Shown piece by piece: positions 16,991 to 27,129 of a DNA stretch of 64,000 bases (its first letter is position 1; each line of letters opens with the position of its first letter). A model generated the notes under the pieces. That model ran no database searches and was not told where the DNA came from. It saw only the letters and a list, made by a program, of their open reading frames with translations. The DNA lies in the NCBI GenBank assembly GCA_964479045.1, contig CAYZJI010000002.1, forward strand, positions 51,660 to 115,659. The letters run 5' to 3'. A program made the position numbers and the translations under genes. This stretch comes from an uncultured Enterobacteriaceae bacterium (lineage in GTDB: Bacteria; Pseudomonadota; Gammaproteobacteria; Eutrophobiales; Eutrophobiaceae).

Positions 16991-19137
16991 AATCTGGCGT
17001 AATAACCTTCTTTCAGGGCATCGTACAGATTGGCGGCGGTATGCAACTCGCCGTCGTATTCGATGACCTCATTGCCTTTGACCGTGATCACCTCGCCATT
17101 ATCCAATGTAAATCGATAAAGCGTGTTTTCAAGGTTTTCCTCCTTCACCAGGACGCCCTGGAACACTTCAGGATTGAAGCGGAAAGTCGTGCAGCCTTTC
17201 AATCCTTGTCCGTGTGCATAGAGGTAGATGTTTTTGAAATCAGCAAAGGGATAGTCCGCCGGGACGTTGGCAGTTTTGGAGATGGAGGAATCTATCCATT
17301 TCTGGGCCGCTGCCTGGATATCGACATGCTGTTTCGGAGTAATATCATCCGTAGTCACAAAATAATCCGGCAACCGGCGATCAGGATTTTCTGAACAGGG
17401 CAGGGCTTCAGGATTGATCAGGGTGCGATAAGCCAGCAGTTCAAATGAACAGACTTCCATTTTCTCCTTGGATTTCTTGCCGCAGCGGATCACGTTTCTC
17501 GAATACTGGTGTGAGAATGTCGGTTCGATGCCGTTGCTGACATTGTTTCCGAGCGACAGGGAAATCGTGCCGGTAGGGGCGATGGAACTGTGATGGGTGA
17601 AACGCGATCCGGTTTCTGCCATCTCATCGATGAGTTGAGGAGCAACTTCAGCGATGCGTTGCATGTAGCGGCTGTATCTTGCATGCAGCACCTTCCCCTG
17701 CACCATATCACCTTCCCTGTAACCGTCTTTTGCCAGTTCCGGCCGTATCTGCAACATTTCTTTTGTGATCGTGAAAGGTTCTTCCATGATTGGGGCAGGG
17801 CCTTTTTCTTTGGCAAGTTCCACTCCGGTTTGCCAGCCGACCAGGGCCAGTTCGCGACTCACCTGTTCGGTGAATTTGAGTGATGCCGGTTCGCCATACT
17901 TGATGCACAACATAGTGAGCGCAGAACCCAGGCCAAGAAACCCCATGCCATGACGGCGTTTGCGGAAAATTTCACGTCGTTGCAATTCCAGCGGCAGGCC
18001 GTTGATTTCCACTACGTTGTCCAGCATGCGGGTGAAAATTCTGACTACGCGCCGGTAAGTATCCCAATCGAACCCGGCTTTTTCAGTGAATGGCGCGACT
18101 ACAAATTTTGCAAGATTAATAGAACCCAGCAAACAGGCCCCGTAGGGCGGCAGTGGTTGTTCGCCGCAGGGATTGGTCGCGCGGATTTTTTCACAGTACC
18201 AGTTGTTATTGAATTCATTGACGCGATCGATGAGGATGAATCCGGGTTCTGCGTAGTCGTAGGTGGCATGCATGATCTCATCCCAGAGTTCGCGTGCGGA
18301 GATGGACTGGTAAATCCTGCAGGCCACTTCACCCTTGTCATTCACGATGTAGTCACGTTCCACCGGCCACTCGCGCCAGATGATTTGGTTGATGTCTGTC
18401 AGTTCGATTTTTTCTTTTTCGAGTTCCTGTTGTGTTACCGGGAATGCCAGTGGCCAGAGAGCATCTTCCCTCAGGGCCTGTAAAAAAGGTTCAGTGATCA
18501 ATAACGAAAGATTGAATTGACGCAAACGCCCTGCTTCGCGTTTTGACCGGATGAAATCCAGCACATCCGGATGGCCTATATCAAATGTTGCCATCTGTGC
18601 ACCGCGGCGGCCACCGGCGGATGAGATGGTGAAACACATCCTGTCGTAGATGTTCATGAAGGATAATGGGCCAGACGTATGCGCCCCGGCGCCGCATACA
18701 TACGCGCCTTTGGGCCGTAATGTGGAAAATTCGTAACCGATGCCGCAGCCTGCCTTGAGTGTCAATCCGGCTTCATGCAGTTTTCCGAGGATATCATCCA
18801 TGGAATCATGGATTGTGCCGGAGACTGTGCAATTGATGGTGGAAGTTGCCGGTTTATATTCTGTTGCGCCGGCATTGGAAATAATACGGCCCGCCGGGAT
18901 GGCGCCATGATGTAATGCCCAGAGAAATTCCTTGTACCAGTGATCACGCTTTTCAGGTATGCCTTCCAGATCGGCCAGCGTACGGGCCACGCGCTGATAA
19001 GTGGCATTGATGGACTGATCTACAGGATCCCCGTTCTGATCCTTGAGGCAATATTTTTGCTCCCAGATGTCCAGCGAGGTGGATTGCAGCGGGATTTCCG
19101 TAGATCCCGCAGGACTATTGATATTGGCGGTTTTCAA
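16987..19137 (-). CDS. nrdJa: Class II ribonucleotide reductase, large subunit NrdJa
   Basis: 716 aa. Conserved RNR active-site region NPCGEQPLPPYGAC and an N-terminal ATP-cone-like region. Confidence 0.75.
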   Translation of the reverse strand: MKTANINSPAGSTEIPLQSTSLDIWEQKYCLKDQNGDPVDQSINATYQRVARTLADLEGIPEKRDHWYKEFLWALHHGAIPAGRIISNAGATEYKPATSTINCTVSGTIHDSMDDILGKLHEAGLTLKAGCGIGYEFSTLRPKGAYVCGAGAHTSGPLSFMNIYDRMCFTISSAGGRRGAQMATFDIGHPDVLDFIRSKREAGRLRQFNLSLLITEPFLQALREDALWPLAFPVTQQELEKEKIELTDINQIIWREWPVERDYIVNDKGEVACRIYQSISARELWDEIMHATYDYAEPGFILIDRVNEFNNNWYCEKIRATNPCGEQPLPPYGACLLGSINLAKFVVAPFTEKAGFDWDTYRRVVRIFTRMLDNVVEINGLPLELQRREIFRKRRHGMGFLGLGSALTMLCIKYGEPASLKFTEQVSRELALVGWQTGVELAKEKGPAPIMEEPFTITKEMLQIRPELAKDGYREGDMVQGKVLHARYSRYMQRIAEVAPQLIDEMAETGSRFTHHSSIAPTGTISLSLGNNVSNGIEPTFSHQYSRNVIRCGKKSKEKMEVCSFELLAYRTLINPEALPCSENPDRRLPDYFVTTDDITPKQHVDIQAAAQKWIDSSISKTANVPADYPFADFKNIYLYAHGQGLKGCTTFRFNPEVFQGVLVKEENLENTLYRFTLDNGEVITVKGNEVIEYDGELHTAANLYDALKEGYYARF

Positions 19138-19184
19138 TGCGTGGACTCACATCATGATTTCATAATGTAATTATAGAAAACTGC

Positions 19185-20492
19185 CTAGAAGCTCACCAGG
19201 GTGTAAAACCAGATTTTGCGAGTATCAAACGCGACAGGCCCGTTCGTCAGAAGGTTGATAGGATTGCTATCGGCGTTATAGTCCGCATATTTCAGTCCCA
19301 GGGTCAGGTATTGCCCGAATTTACGGCTGAGTTCCATGTCCAGTTCGTTACCGTAATCGTAATCCAGATGATCGGAACGCAAAGCGTGATAACTGATATT
19401 GAAATTAAAACCGTGTGTTGTCATCACAGACGTCACGAAATAGTCCCGGATGCCATCATTGGGCGTGACCAGAAAACGATCCGCCGTCCCCTGAAAGGCG
19501 TGATTGGTTCCAAGGATAGTAACGAAGGATCCGTTCACTGTGCCATCACCGCTCAGGCGTTCATAACTGAATTTCAACATCAGGCTGTCCAGTAATTGCG
19601 GCGGTTTGATTTTGAACCCGGCTTCCAGCAGTTGATAACTGGCATCGTAGTCGGTGGGATTTTCAGCATAATCCGACTGGTCGGCATATTCCGCAGTATA
19701 AATAGGCGTCAGCCAGTCACGCAGCGGATATTCACCATAAAGCCGCACACCCATCGTGCGTGATGAAAACCGCGCGGCTTTGTCAAAATCGAAGAGATAG
19801 GTATAGCCTTCCAGTTGTGCCCACTGGAAGCGTTTGTTCTGCAGATTGACGAAATGACTGTCGCTGTCGAAATTACTCAGAGGTTCAACGGCGGAAGTTC
19901 CGAAGATGCGATTCACGTTCCAGACATAGGCATAGGACAAACGTGTATCCTTGAACCAGGTATTGCTCAAACTCACTGCATCAAAGGTTTGCCAGTTTTG
20001 CCGCCAGAGAATGTTGCCGATAAACCGGTGAAATGGCGCTTCACGATAGGTAATGGCCTGCCGTCCAATGCGGATCTGGTTGGCGGCGGGCGCGAGGTAT
20101 TGCAGATAGCCCTGGTTCAGTTCCGTGCCGTCCGGATCAACCACCGTGGCATAACGGCTGGGCATGCCCAGCCCTTCGTTGAATTCTCCGCCGAAAACAC
20201 GGCTGACCTGTTCCAGTTCAAGAAATGCAGAGAAATCATGAAAAGCCCCGCTCTGGTAACTGACGGCCGTGCGCAGTGTGCTGGCATTGGCGTCCTTGAG
20301 CGGTACTCCGCCGGGACTGAAGTCATCTTCGACGTGCTCAAAACGGTAACGCAGATTGACCTTGAATTCGCCGGTAGTGATCGCATCACCCAGTGTATTT
20401 TCAGCCTGACTGATATTCAACATAGAGTTGAACACCAACAGCCCGGTGCACAAAGTCAGCCGGGATATATCATGTTTCCCGAGAGTAAACAT
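19185..20492 (-). CDS. Outer-membrane beta-barrel protein (alginate-export/porin-like), signal peptide
   Basis: Signal peptide MFTLGKHDISRLTLCTGLLVFNSMLNISQA. C-terminal aromatic residue (..FYTLVSF). Start placed at the second ATG (20492), which has a GGGGGA Shine-Dalgarno 6 nt upstream. Only 47 bp separate it from nrdJa. Confidence 0.55.
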   Translation of the reverse strand: MFTLGKHDISRLTLCTGLLVFNSMLNISQAENTLGDAITTGEFKVNLRYRFEHVEDDFSPGGVPLKDANASTLRTAVSYQSGAFHDFSAFLELEQVSRVFGGEFNEGLGMPSRYATVVDPDGTELNQGYLQYLAPAANQIRIGRQAITYREAPFHRFIGNILWRQNWQTFDAVSLSNTWFKDTRLSYAYVWNVNRIFGTSAVEPLSNFDSDSHFVNLQNKRFQWAQLEGYTYLFDFDKAARFSSRTMGVRLYGEYPLRDWLTPIYTAEYADQSDYAENPTDYDASYQLLEAGFKIKPPQLLDSLMLKFSYERLSGDGTVNGSFVTILGTNHAFQGTADRFLVTPNDGIRDYFVTSVMTTHGFNFNISYHALRSDHLDYDYGNELDMELSRKFGQYLTLGLKYADYNADSNPINLLTNGPVAFDTRKIWFYTLVSF

Positions 20493-20548
20493 ACCTGTCC
20501 CCCGCATTTTGTTTTGTTACAGCCTATTACAGACTTTTGCCGGTTGGC

Positions 20549-20562
20549 TTGATCCAGATCAA
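20549..20562. promoter_or_regulatory. FNR/ANR-type box TTGATccagATCAA in the divergent OMP-nrdJab / narK1 intergenic region
   Basis: Perfect TTGAT-N4-ATCAA. Centre is about 92 bp before the narK1 ATG and about 63 bp before the OMP ATG at 20492 on the other strand. An adjacent 7-3-7 inverted repeat TGCACTGtctCAGTGCA lies at 20568-20584. Confidence 0.6.
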
Positions 20563-20647
20563 GTTTCTGCACTGTCTCAGTGCATACAATTCATACAAAG
20601 AATGCTGTTGAGCTTGGATCTGTGAATAACAAGAAGAGGTAGAAACG

Positions 20648-21916
20648 ATGGCGCCTTCCCAGACGTACAAACAGATTTCCATTCTGGCTTCCAGTACCTT
20701 TGCCTTCACCATTTGTTTTGCGGTATGGGTCATGTTCTCGATCATCGGCATTCCCATACGCGACACTCTCAATCTCAATGAAACCCAGTTCGGGTTACTG
20801 GCGGCAACACCGATCCTGACCGGCTCGCTGATCCGCCTGCCTATCGGTATCTGGACTGATCGACATGGTGGACGGATCGTATTTTTTCTGTTGATGCTCT
20901 CAACCATTGTTCCGATCTGGTTGATTTCCCGTGCCACGGAGTACTGGCACTTTCTGGTGCTGGGTCTGTTTGTCGGAGTCGCGGGCGGGGCATTTTCCGT
21001 CGGCATCGCCTATGTGGCACGCTGGTTCAGCCGTCCCCGCCAGGGTTTTGCCATGGGTATTTTCGGCGCCGGTAATGCCGGTGCGGCACTGACCAAATTT
21101 GTCGCGCCGACAATCGTGGTGGTATATGGCTGGCAGATGGTGCCTCGAGTGTATGCCATTGCCATGCTGGTCACTGCAATTCTGTTCTGGATGTTCACCT
21201 ATACCGACAAGAGTCATCAGGTTGGTCAGTCAGTCACACTGCGCCAGCAACTCAGCGCCCTGAAGGATCCGAACGTGTGGAAACTCTGCCAGTTTTATTC
21301 GATCGTATTTGGTGGTTATGTGGCCCTGTCTCTGTGGTTGACCAAGTACTACATCAATGAATACGGCTTCGGCATCCAGACGGCGGCATTGATCGCATCC
21401 ATCTTCGTTTTGCCTTCCGGCGTGATTCGCGCTGCCGGTGGCTGGATTTCTGATCGCTATGGCGCGCATCCGGTGACGTGGTGGGTGCTGCTGGTGTCAT
21501 GGGTGTGCCTGTTCTTTATGTCCTATCCGCAGACCGAAATGACCATCCAGACGATCAATGGGCCACTGACCTTCAGCATCGGCTTGAATGCGTGGATGTT
21601 CACGGCTTTACTTTTTGTTGTCGGCATTGCCTGGGGCTTCGGCAAGGCTTCGGTGTTCAAATACATCTCGGATGCGTACCCGGACAATATCGGAGTGATT
21701 TCCGGCATCGTCGGTCTGGCCGGTGGCATGGGTGGTTTCCTGCTACCCATCATGTTTGGCGCACTGGTCGACTTCACCGGTGTACGCTCCAGTATTTTCA
21801 TGTTGCTCTGGGGCGTGACGCTGGTGTCATTGATCTGGATGTACTGGACGGAAATTGTGCCTGCGCGCAGCGGACGCGGGACCGGTGCGGCGCCATTGGC
21901 CGCACAGCACGCCTGA
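20648..21916 (+). CDS. narK1: Nitrate/nitrite transporter, MFS NarK family
   Basis: 12-TM MFS with the G-x3-D-R-x-G-x-R motif (GIWTDRHGGR). First gene of narK1K2GHJI. AAGAGG Shine-Dalgarno. Confidence 0.8.
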   Translation: MAPSQTYKQISILASSTFAFTICFAVWVMFSIIGIPIRDTLNLNETQFGLLAATPILTGSLIRLPIGIWTDRHGGRIVFFLLMLSTIVPIWLISRATEYWHFLVLGLFVGVAGGAFSVGIAYVARWFSRPRQGFAMGIFGAGNAGAALTKFVAPTIVVVYGWQMVPRVYAIAMLVTAILFWMFTYTDKSHQVGQSVTLRQQLSALKDPNVWKLCQFYSIVFGGYVALSLWLTKYYINEYGFGIQTAALIASIFVLPSGVIRAAGGWISDRYGAHPVTWWVLLVSWVCLFFMSYPQTEMTIQTINGPLTFSIGLNAWMFTALLFVVGIAWGFGKASVFKYISDAYPDNIGVISGIVGLAGGMGGFLLPIMFGALVDFTGVRSSIFMLLWGVTLVSLIWMYWTEIVPARSGRGTGAAPLAAQHA

Positions 21917-21947
21917 TCATTACTAAAGTTCAAGAAGGAGCTGAAAG

Positions 21948-23366
21948 ATGAGCGTACAAATGGTTTCAGACAAACCCAAACTGGGAAGCGTGTTACGCAT
22001 CTGGACGCCGGAAGACAAGGCGTTCTGGGAACATCAGGGCAAGGCCATCGCCAACCTCAATCTCTGGATCTCCGTTCCCTGCCTGTTTCTTGCCTTTGCC
22101 GTATGGCAGTTGTGGAGTGTGGTTGCGGTCAATCTGAATACACTCGGTTTCACCTTCACACCCAATCAGCTGTTCTGGCTGGCCGCCGCACCGGCACTTT
22201 CCGGTGCAACCTTGCGGATTTTCTATTCATTCATGGTGCCCATCTTCGGCGGGCGTGAATGGACAGCCATCTCGACAGCCTCACTGCTGATACCCACGAT
22301 TGGTATCGGTATTGCGATACAGGATCTGTCGACCAGTTACTCCACATTTCTGATATTGGCATTGTTGTGTGGCTTCGGCGGTGGAAATTTTTCATCCTCC
22401 ATGGCCAACATCAATTTCTTTTTCCCCAAGGAACGCAAGGGATCGGCACTCGGTGTGAATGCCGGGCTTGGCAACCTTGGTGTATCTTCCGTACAGTTTC
22501 TGGCACCGCTGGTGATTGCGGCGGGTGTGTATGGTCCACTGGCTGGACCACCACAAACTATCATCAATCAAGCCGGACAGACTGTGAACATCTGGGCACA
22601 GAATGCCGCCTTTGTGTGGGTGCCTTTCATTATTATTGCCAGTCTGGCGGCATGGATAGGCATGAATGATATTGCCGATGCCAAAGCATCGTTCCGTGAT
22701 CAGGCGGTGATCTTCAAACGCAAGCACAACTGGATTATGTGCTGGCTCTATCTCGGGACCTTCGGTTCGTTCATCGGCTACTCCGCAGGTTTCCCTTTAC
22801 TCATCAAGTCACAATTTCCCGGCGTGAACGCATTGCAGTATGCGTGGATGGGCCCGCTGATTGGCGCAGTGATACGTCCATTTGGCGGGTGGTTGGCGGA
22901 CAAGCTGGGCGGAGCCATTGTGACCTTCTGGAATTTTATTGTGATGGCACTGGCAGTAGGTGGGGTGCTGTATTTCCTGCCGTCCGGTCCTTCGGGCGGA
23001 AGTTTTGCCGGATTCTTCCTGTGTTTTATGGTGTTGTTTCTCACGACGGGCATCGGCAATGGCTCAACCTTCCGCATGATCCCGGTGATCTTCATGACCG
23101 ACAGGCAACGTGCTGCTGCAGGCAAGGGCAAGGAAGCAGCAGAACAGGCGGTGAAAGAAGCCAACAAGGAAGCCGCCGCAGTCCTTGGTTTTTCGGGGGC
23201 CATTGGCGCCTACGGCGGATTTTTTATTCCAAAAAGTTATGGCACTTCGATCAGCTTGATGGGCGGCCCTGAAGGTGCGCTGTATTTATTCATTGTGTTT
23301 TATCTAAGCTGCATTTGCATTACATGGTGGTATTACGCTCGCAGGAATGCCGAAATGCCGTGTTAA
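21948..23366 (+). CDS. narK2: Nitrate/nitrite antiporter, MFS NarK family
   Basis: 472-aa MFS immediately upstream of narG. Confidence 0.8.
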   Translation: MSVQMVSDKPKLGSVLRIWTPEDKAFWEHQGKAIANLNLWISVPCLFLAFAVWQLWSVVAVNLNTLGFTFTPNQLFWLAAAPALSGATLRIFYSFMVPIFGGREWTAISTASLLIPTIGIGIAIQDLSTSYSTFLILALLCGFGGGNFSSSMANINFFFPKERKGSALGVNAGLGNLGVSSVQFLAPLVIAAGVYGPLAGPPQTIINQAGQTVNIWAQNAAFVWVPFIIIASLAAWIGMNDIADAKASFRDQAVIFKRKHNWIMCWLYLGTFGSFIGYSAGFPLLIKSQFPGVNALQYAWMGPLIGAVIRPFGGWLADKLGGAIVTFWNFIVMALAVGGVLYFLPSGPSGGSFAGFFLCFMVLFLTTGIGNGSTFRMIPVIFMTDRQRAAAGKGKEAAEQAVKEANKEAAAVLGFSGAIGAYGGFFIPKSYGTSISLMGGPEGALYLFIVFYLSCICITWWYYARRNAEMPC

Positions 23367-23379
23367 TGAGGTTACGATC

Positions 23380-26300
23380 ATGAGCCACTTTCTCGACAGG
23401 TTGAAGTTCTTCACACAGGAACGGGAATCGTTTGCCGAGGGACACGGCATGGTCACTCACGAAGACCGGTCCTGGGAAGAGGGCTACCGCAAACGCTGGC
23501 AGCATGACAAGATTGTTCGATCCACGCATGGCGTAAACTGCACCGGTTCATGCAGCTGGAAGATTTATGTCAAGGGCGGAATCGTGACTTGGGAAACACA
23601 ACAGACTGATTATCCCCGCACGCGTCCCGATATGCCCAATCACGAACCGCGGGGTTGTTCGCGAGGCGCATCTTATAGCTGGTATCTCTACAGTGCCAAC
23701 CGCGTGAAATATCCAATGGTGCGCGGACGTCTGGTCCGTGCGTGGCGTGAAGCACGCAAAACCATGAATCCGGTTGACGCCTGGACTTTGATTGTTGAAG
23801 ACGACAAAAAACGGAGAGCGTATCAGACCACCCGCGGCATGGGTGGATTCATCCGTTCCAACTGGGAAGAGGTCAATGAGATCATCGCAGCCGCGAATGT
23901 ATATACCATAAAAAAATACGGCCCGGATCGCATCATCGGGTTCTCACCGATTCCGGCCATGTCGATGGTGTCCTATGCTGCGGGCAGCCGTTATTTATCA
24001 TTGATTGGCGGTGTGTGCATGAGTTTCTATGACTGGTATTGCGATCTTCCGCCTTCCAGTCCGCAGGTGTGGGGCGAACAAACTGATGTGCCGGAATCTG
24101 CAGACTGGTACAACTCCACCTTCATCATGGCATGGGGTTCGAATGTGCCGCAAACGCGCACACCTGATGCACACTTCTTCACCGAGGTTCGTTACAAAGG
24201 CGCAAAAACCGTTGCTGTGACGCCTGATTATTCCGAAGTCGCCAAATTGTGTGATCTGTGGTTGCACCCGAAACAGGGCACGGATGCGGCGATGGCCATG
24301 GCGATGGGGCATGTGATTCTCAGGGAATTTCATCTGGAAAAACCCTCGTCCTATTTCAGTGACTATGTACGCCGTTACAGTGACATGCCGATGCTGGTGA
24401 AACTGGTGAAACGTGGTGATCGCTATGTGCCGGATCGTTTCATCCGTGCCAGTGATTTTTCCGATCAACTGTCACAATCCAACAAACCGGACTGGAAGAC
24501 TGTCGGAATTGATGAAACTACCGGTAATGTAATCGTGCCGAATGGTTCGATAGGGTTCCGCTGGGGCCAGACTGACGGCAAGTGGAACCTGGAATCCAGA
24601 AATGCAAACTCGGGCGCCGAAACTAAACTTGCATTGTCATTGATCGACCGGCGAGATGCAGTGATAACAGTGGCCTTCCCGTATTTTGGCGGGGTGGAGA
24701 ATGAACGCTTCCAGAATAACGATCAGGGTGCGAACGTTATGTTGCGTAATGTGCCGGTCAAAAAGCTCATTCTGGCAGAGGGTGAAACCTGTGTTGCGAC
24801 AGTATTTGATTTGCTGGTGGCAAATTATGGTATTGATCGCGGCCTGGGTGGCGGCAATGTTGCTAAATCCTATGATCAGGACGTTCCCTATACGCCAAAG
24901 TGGCAGGAAAAAATCACTGGCGTGAAGGCAGCTGATGTGATCGCTGTGGCCCGCCAGTTTGCGGACAACGCCGACAAGACTGAAGGTAAATCCATGGTCA
25001 TCATCGGTGCAGCCATGAACCACTGGTATCACAGTGACATGAATTATCGCGGCATCATCAATATGTTGATTATGTGCGGCTGTGTGGGCAAATCCGGCGG
25101 TGGCTGGGCGCATTATGTCGGCCAGGAAAAACTCCGGCCGCAAACCGGCTGGACCGCGCTGGCATTTGCACTGGATTGGCACCGTCCGCCCCGGCAGATG
25201 AACTCTACGTCATTCTTTTATGCGCACACGGATCAATGGCGTTATGAAAAACTGTCTGTCAGGGAGATTCTCTCTCCGCTGGCTGACCCCAAGGAATTTA
25301 CCGGCAGTCTGATTGATTTCAATGTGCGGGCGGAGCGCATGGGCTGGTTGCCCAGTGCGCCCCAGTTGCAGATCAACCCGTTGCAGGTATGCCGTGATGC
25401 GGCTGCCGCAGGAATTGATCCCAAAGAGTATGCGGTGAAGGCCTTGAAGGCAGGCAGGTTACACATGTCTTGTGAAGACCCGGACCATCCGGACAACTTC
25501 CCGCGTAATATGTTTGTGTGGCGCTCCAACCTTTTGGGTTCGAGTGGCAAGGGCCATGAATATTTTCTGAAACACCTGCTGGGGACGAGTCATGGGGTAC
25601 AGGGCAAGGACCTTGGCAGTCTGGGCGGTGAAAAACCGGAAGAGGTGAAATGGCATGAAGAGGCGCCCATCGGCAAACTGGATTTGCTGGTGACACTGGA
25701 TTTCCGCATGTCGACGACTTGTCTCTATTCCGACATCGTGTTGCCGACCGCGACCTGGTATGAAAAAAATGATCTCAATACCTCGGACATGCATCCGTTT
25801 ATTCACCCGTTATCAGCGGCCGTCGATCCGGTATGGGAATCACGCAGTGACTGGGAAATCTACAAGGGCATTGCGAAAAAGTTTTCCGAAGTGGCAAGAG
25901 GCCATCTGGGTATGGAAAAAGAGCTGGTACTGACACCGGTCATGCACGACACACCGGCCGAGCTTGCACAATCCACCTCGGTGCAGCAGTGGAAGCGAGG
26001 TGAATGTGATCTGGTCCCCGGTCAGACTGCACCCCAGGTGACGGTGATCGAACGCGACTATCCCAACACGTACAAAAAATTTACGGCATTGGGACCCTTG
26101 ATGTCCAAAGTGGGTAATGGCGGCAAGGGCATCGCGTGGAATACCGAGCATGAAGTCGAAGCACTGCGTACACTGAACTATCCGGTGACGGAACCCGGGA
26201 TCACTCAAGGCATGCCGCGCATCGAGTCCGATATCGATGCCTGTGAAGTCGTGTTGATGCTGGCGCCGGAGACCAACGGCGAAGTTGCCGTCAAGGCCTG

Positions 26301-27129
26301 GGAAGCATTATCAAAAATTACCGGACGTGAACACAAGCACCTCGCATTGGCAAAAGAGGATGAAAAAATCCGTTTCCGCGACATACAGGCACAACCGAGA
26401 AAAATCATTTCGAGTCCCACCTGGAGCGGGATCGAGTCTGAACATGTCAGTTACAACTCCGGCTATACCAATGTGCATGAACTGATCCCGTGGCGTACCC
26501 TGACCGGCCGCCAGCAGTTTTACCAGGATCACAAATGGATGCTCGGGTTTGGTGAAGGGCTATGTATTTACAAACCACCGGTGGATCTGAAAACCATTCA
26601 TCCCATGGAAGGCATCAAGCCGAACGGCAATCGGGAAGTGGTGCTGAATTTCATCACACCGCATCAGAAATGGGGCATCCATTCCACCTATACGGACAAT
26701 CTCCTGATGCTGACCCTGTCACGTGGCGGGCCGATTGTCTGGTTGTCCGAAGTGGATGCACAACGCGCAGGCATTGAGGACAACGACTGGATTGAACTGT
26801 TTAATGTAAACGGGGCGATTACGGCACGTGCCGTGGTCTCACAACGTGTGAATGAAGGCCTGTGCCTGATGTATCACGCGCAGGAAAAAATTGTGAATGT
26901 GCCCGGCTCCGAACTTACCGGGTTGCGTGGTGGCATTCATAATTCCGTCACTCGCACTGTCGTCAAACCCACGCACATGATCGGCGGTTATGCGCAACTG
27001 AGTTACGGATTTAACTATTATGGCACCATCGGTACCAACCGCGATGAGTTTGTCATCGTCCGGAAAATGAAAACGGTCGACTGGCTGGATCAACCGGCTG
27101 AATCGGCCGCACAAGGAGAACCGCGATGA
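23380..27129 (+). CDS. narG: Respiratory nitrate reductase alpha subunit
   Basis: Start moved to MSHFLDRLKFFTQERESFAEGHG, which matches the NarG N-terminus (MSKFLDRFRYF...). It has a GAGG Shine-Dalgarno. Contains the HGVNCTGSCSW Fe-S motif. Confidence 0.95.
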   Translation: MSHFLDRLKFFTQERESFAEGHGMVTHEDRSWEEGYRKRWQHDKIVRSTHGVNCTGSCSWKIYVKGGIVTWETQQTDYPRTRPDMPNHEPRGCSRGASYSWYLYSANRVKYPMVRGRLVRAWREARKTMNPVDAWTLIVEDDKKRRAYQTTRGMGGFIRSNWEEVNEIIAAANVYTIKKYGPDRIIGFSPIPAMSMVSYAAGSRYLSLIGGVCMSFYDWYCDLPPSSPQVWGEQTDVPESADWYNSTFIMAWGSNVPQTRTPDAHFFTEVRYKGAKTVAVTPDYSEVAKLCDLWLHPKQGTDAAMAMAMGHVILREFHLEKPSSYFSDYVRRYSDMPMLVKLVKRGDRYVPDRFIRASDFSDQLSQSNKPDWKTVGIDETTGNVIVPNGSIGFRWGQTDGKWNLESRNANSGAETKLALSLIDRRDAVITVAFPYFGGVENERFQNNDQGANVMLRNVPVKKLILAEGETCVATVFDLLVANYGIDRGLGGGNVAKSYDQDVPYTPKWQEKITGVKAADVIAVARQFADNADKTEGKSMVIIGAAMNHWYHSDMNYRGIINMLIMCGCVGKSGGGWAHYVGQEKLRPQTGWTALAFALDWHRPPRQMNSTSFFYAHTDQWRYEKLSVREILSPLADPKEFTGSLIDFNVRAERMGWLPSAPQLQINPLQVCRDAAAAGIDPKEYAVKALKAGRLHMSCEDPDHPDNFPRNMFVWRSNLLGSSGKGHEYFLKHLLGTSHGVQGKDLGSLGGEKPEEVKWHEEAPIGKLDLLVTLDFRMSTTCLYSDIVLPTATWYEKNDLNTSDMHPFIHPLSAAVDPVWESRSDWEIYKGIAKKFSEVARGHLGMEKELVLTPVMHDTPAELAQSTSVQQWKRGECDLVPGQTAPQVTVIERDYPNTYKKFTALGPLMSKVGNGGKGIAWNTEHEVEALRTLNYPVTEPGITQGMPRIESDIDACEVVLMLAPETNGEVAVKAWEALSKITGREHKHLALAKEDEKIRFRDIQAQPRKIISSPTWSGIESEHVSYNSGYTNVHELIPWRTLTGRQQFYQDHKWMLGFGEGLCIYKPPVDLKTIHPMEGIKPNGNREVVLNFITPHQKWGIHSTYTDNLLMLTLSRGGPIVWLSEVDAQRAGIEDNDWIELFNVNGAITARAVVSQRVNEGLCLMYHAQEKIVNVPGSELTGLRGGIHNSVTRTVVKPTHMIGGYAQLSYGFNYYGTIGTNRDEFVIVRKMKTVDWLDQPAESAAQGEPR

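Noticed and set aside
24637-25182. 181-aa antisense ORF, and many similar 60-180-aa ORFs inside narG, narH, nrdJa and the GGDEF-EAL gene
   Set aside because: They are fully embedded antisense or out of frame within genes whose products match NarG, NarH and NrdJ along their whole length. These are typical shadow ORFs.
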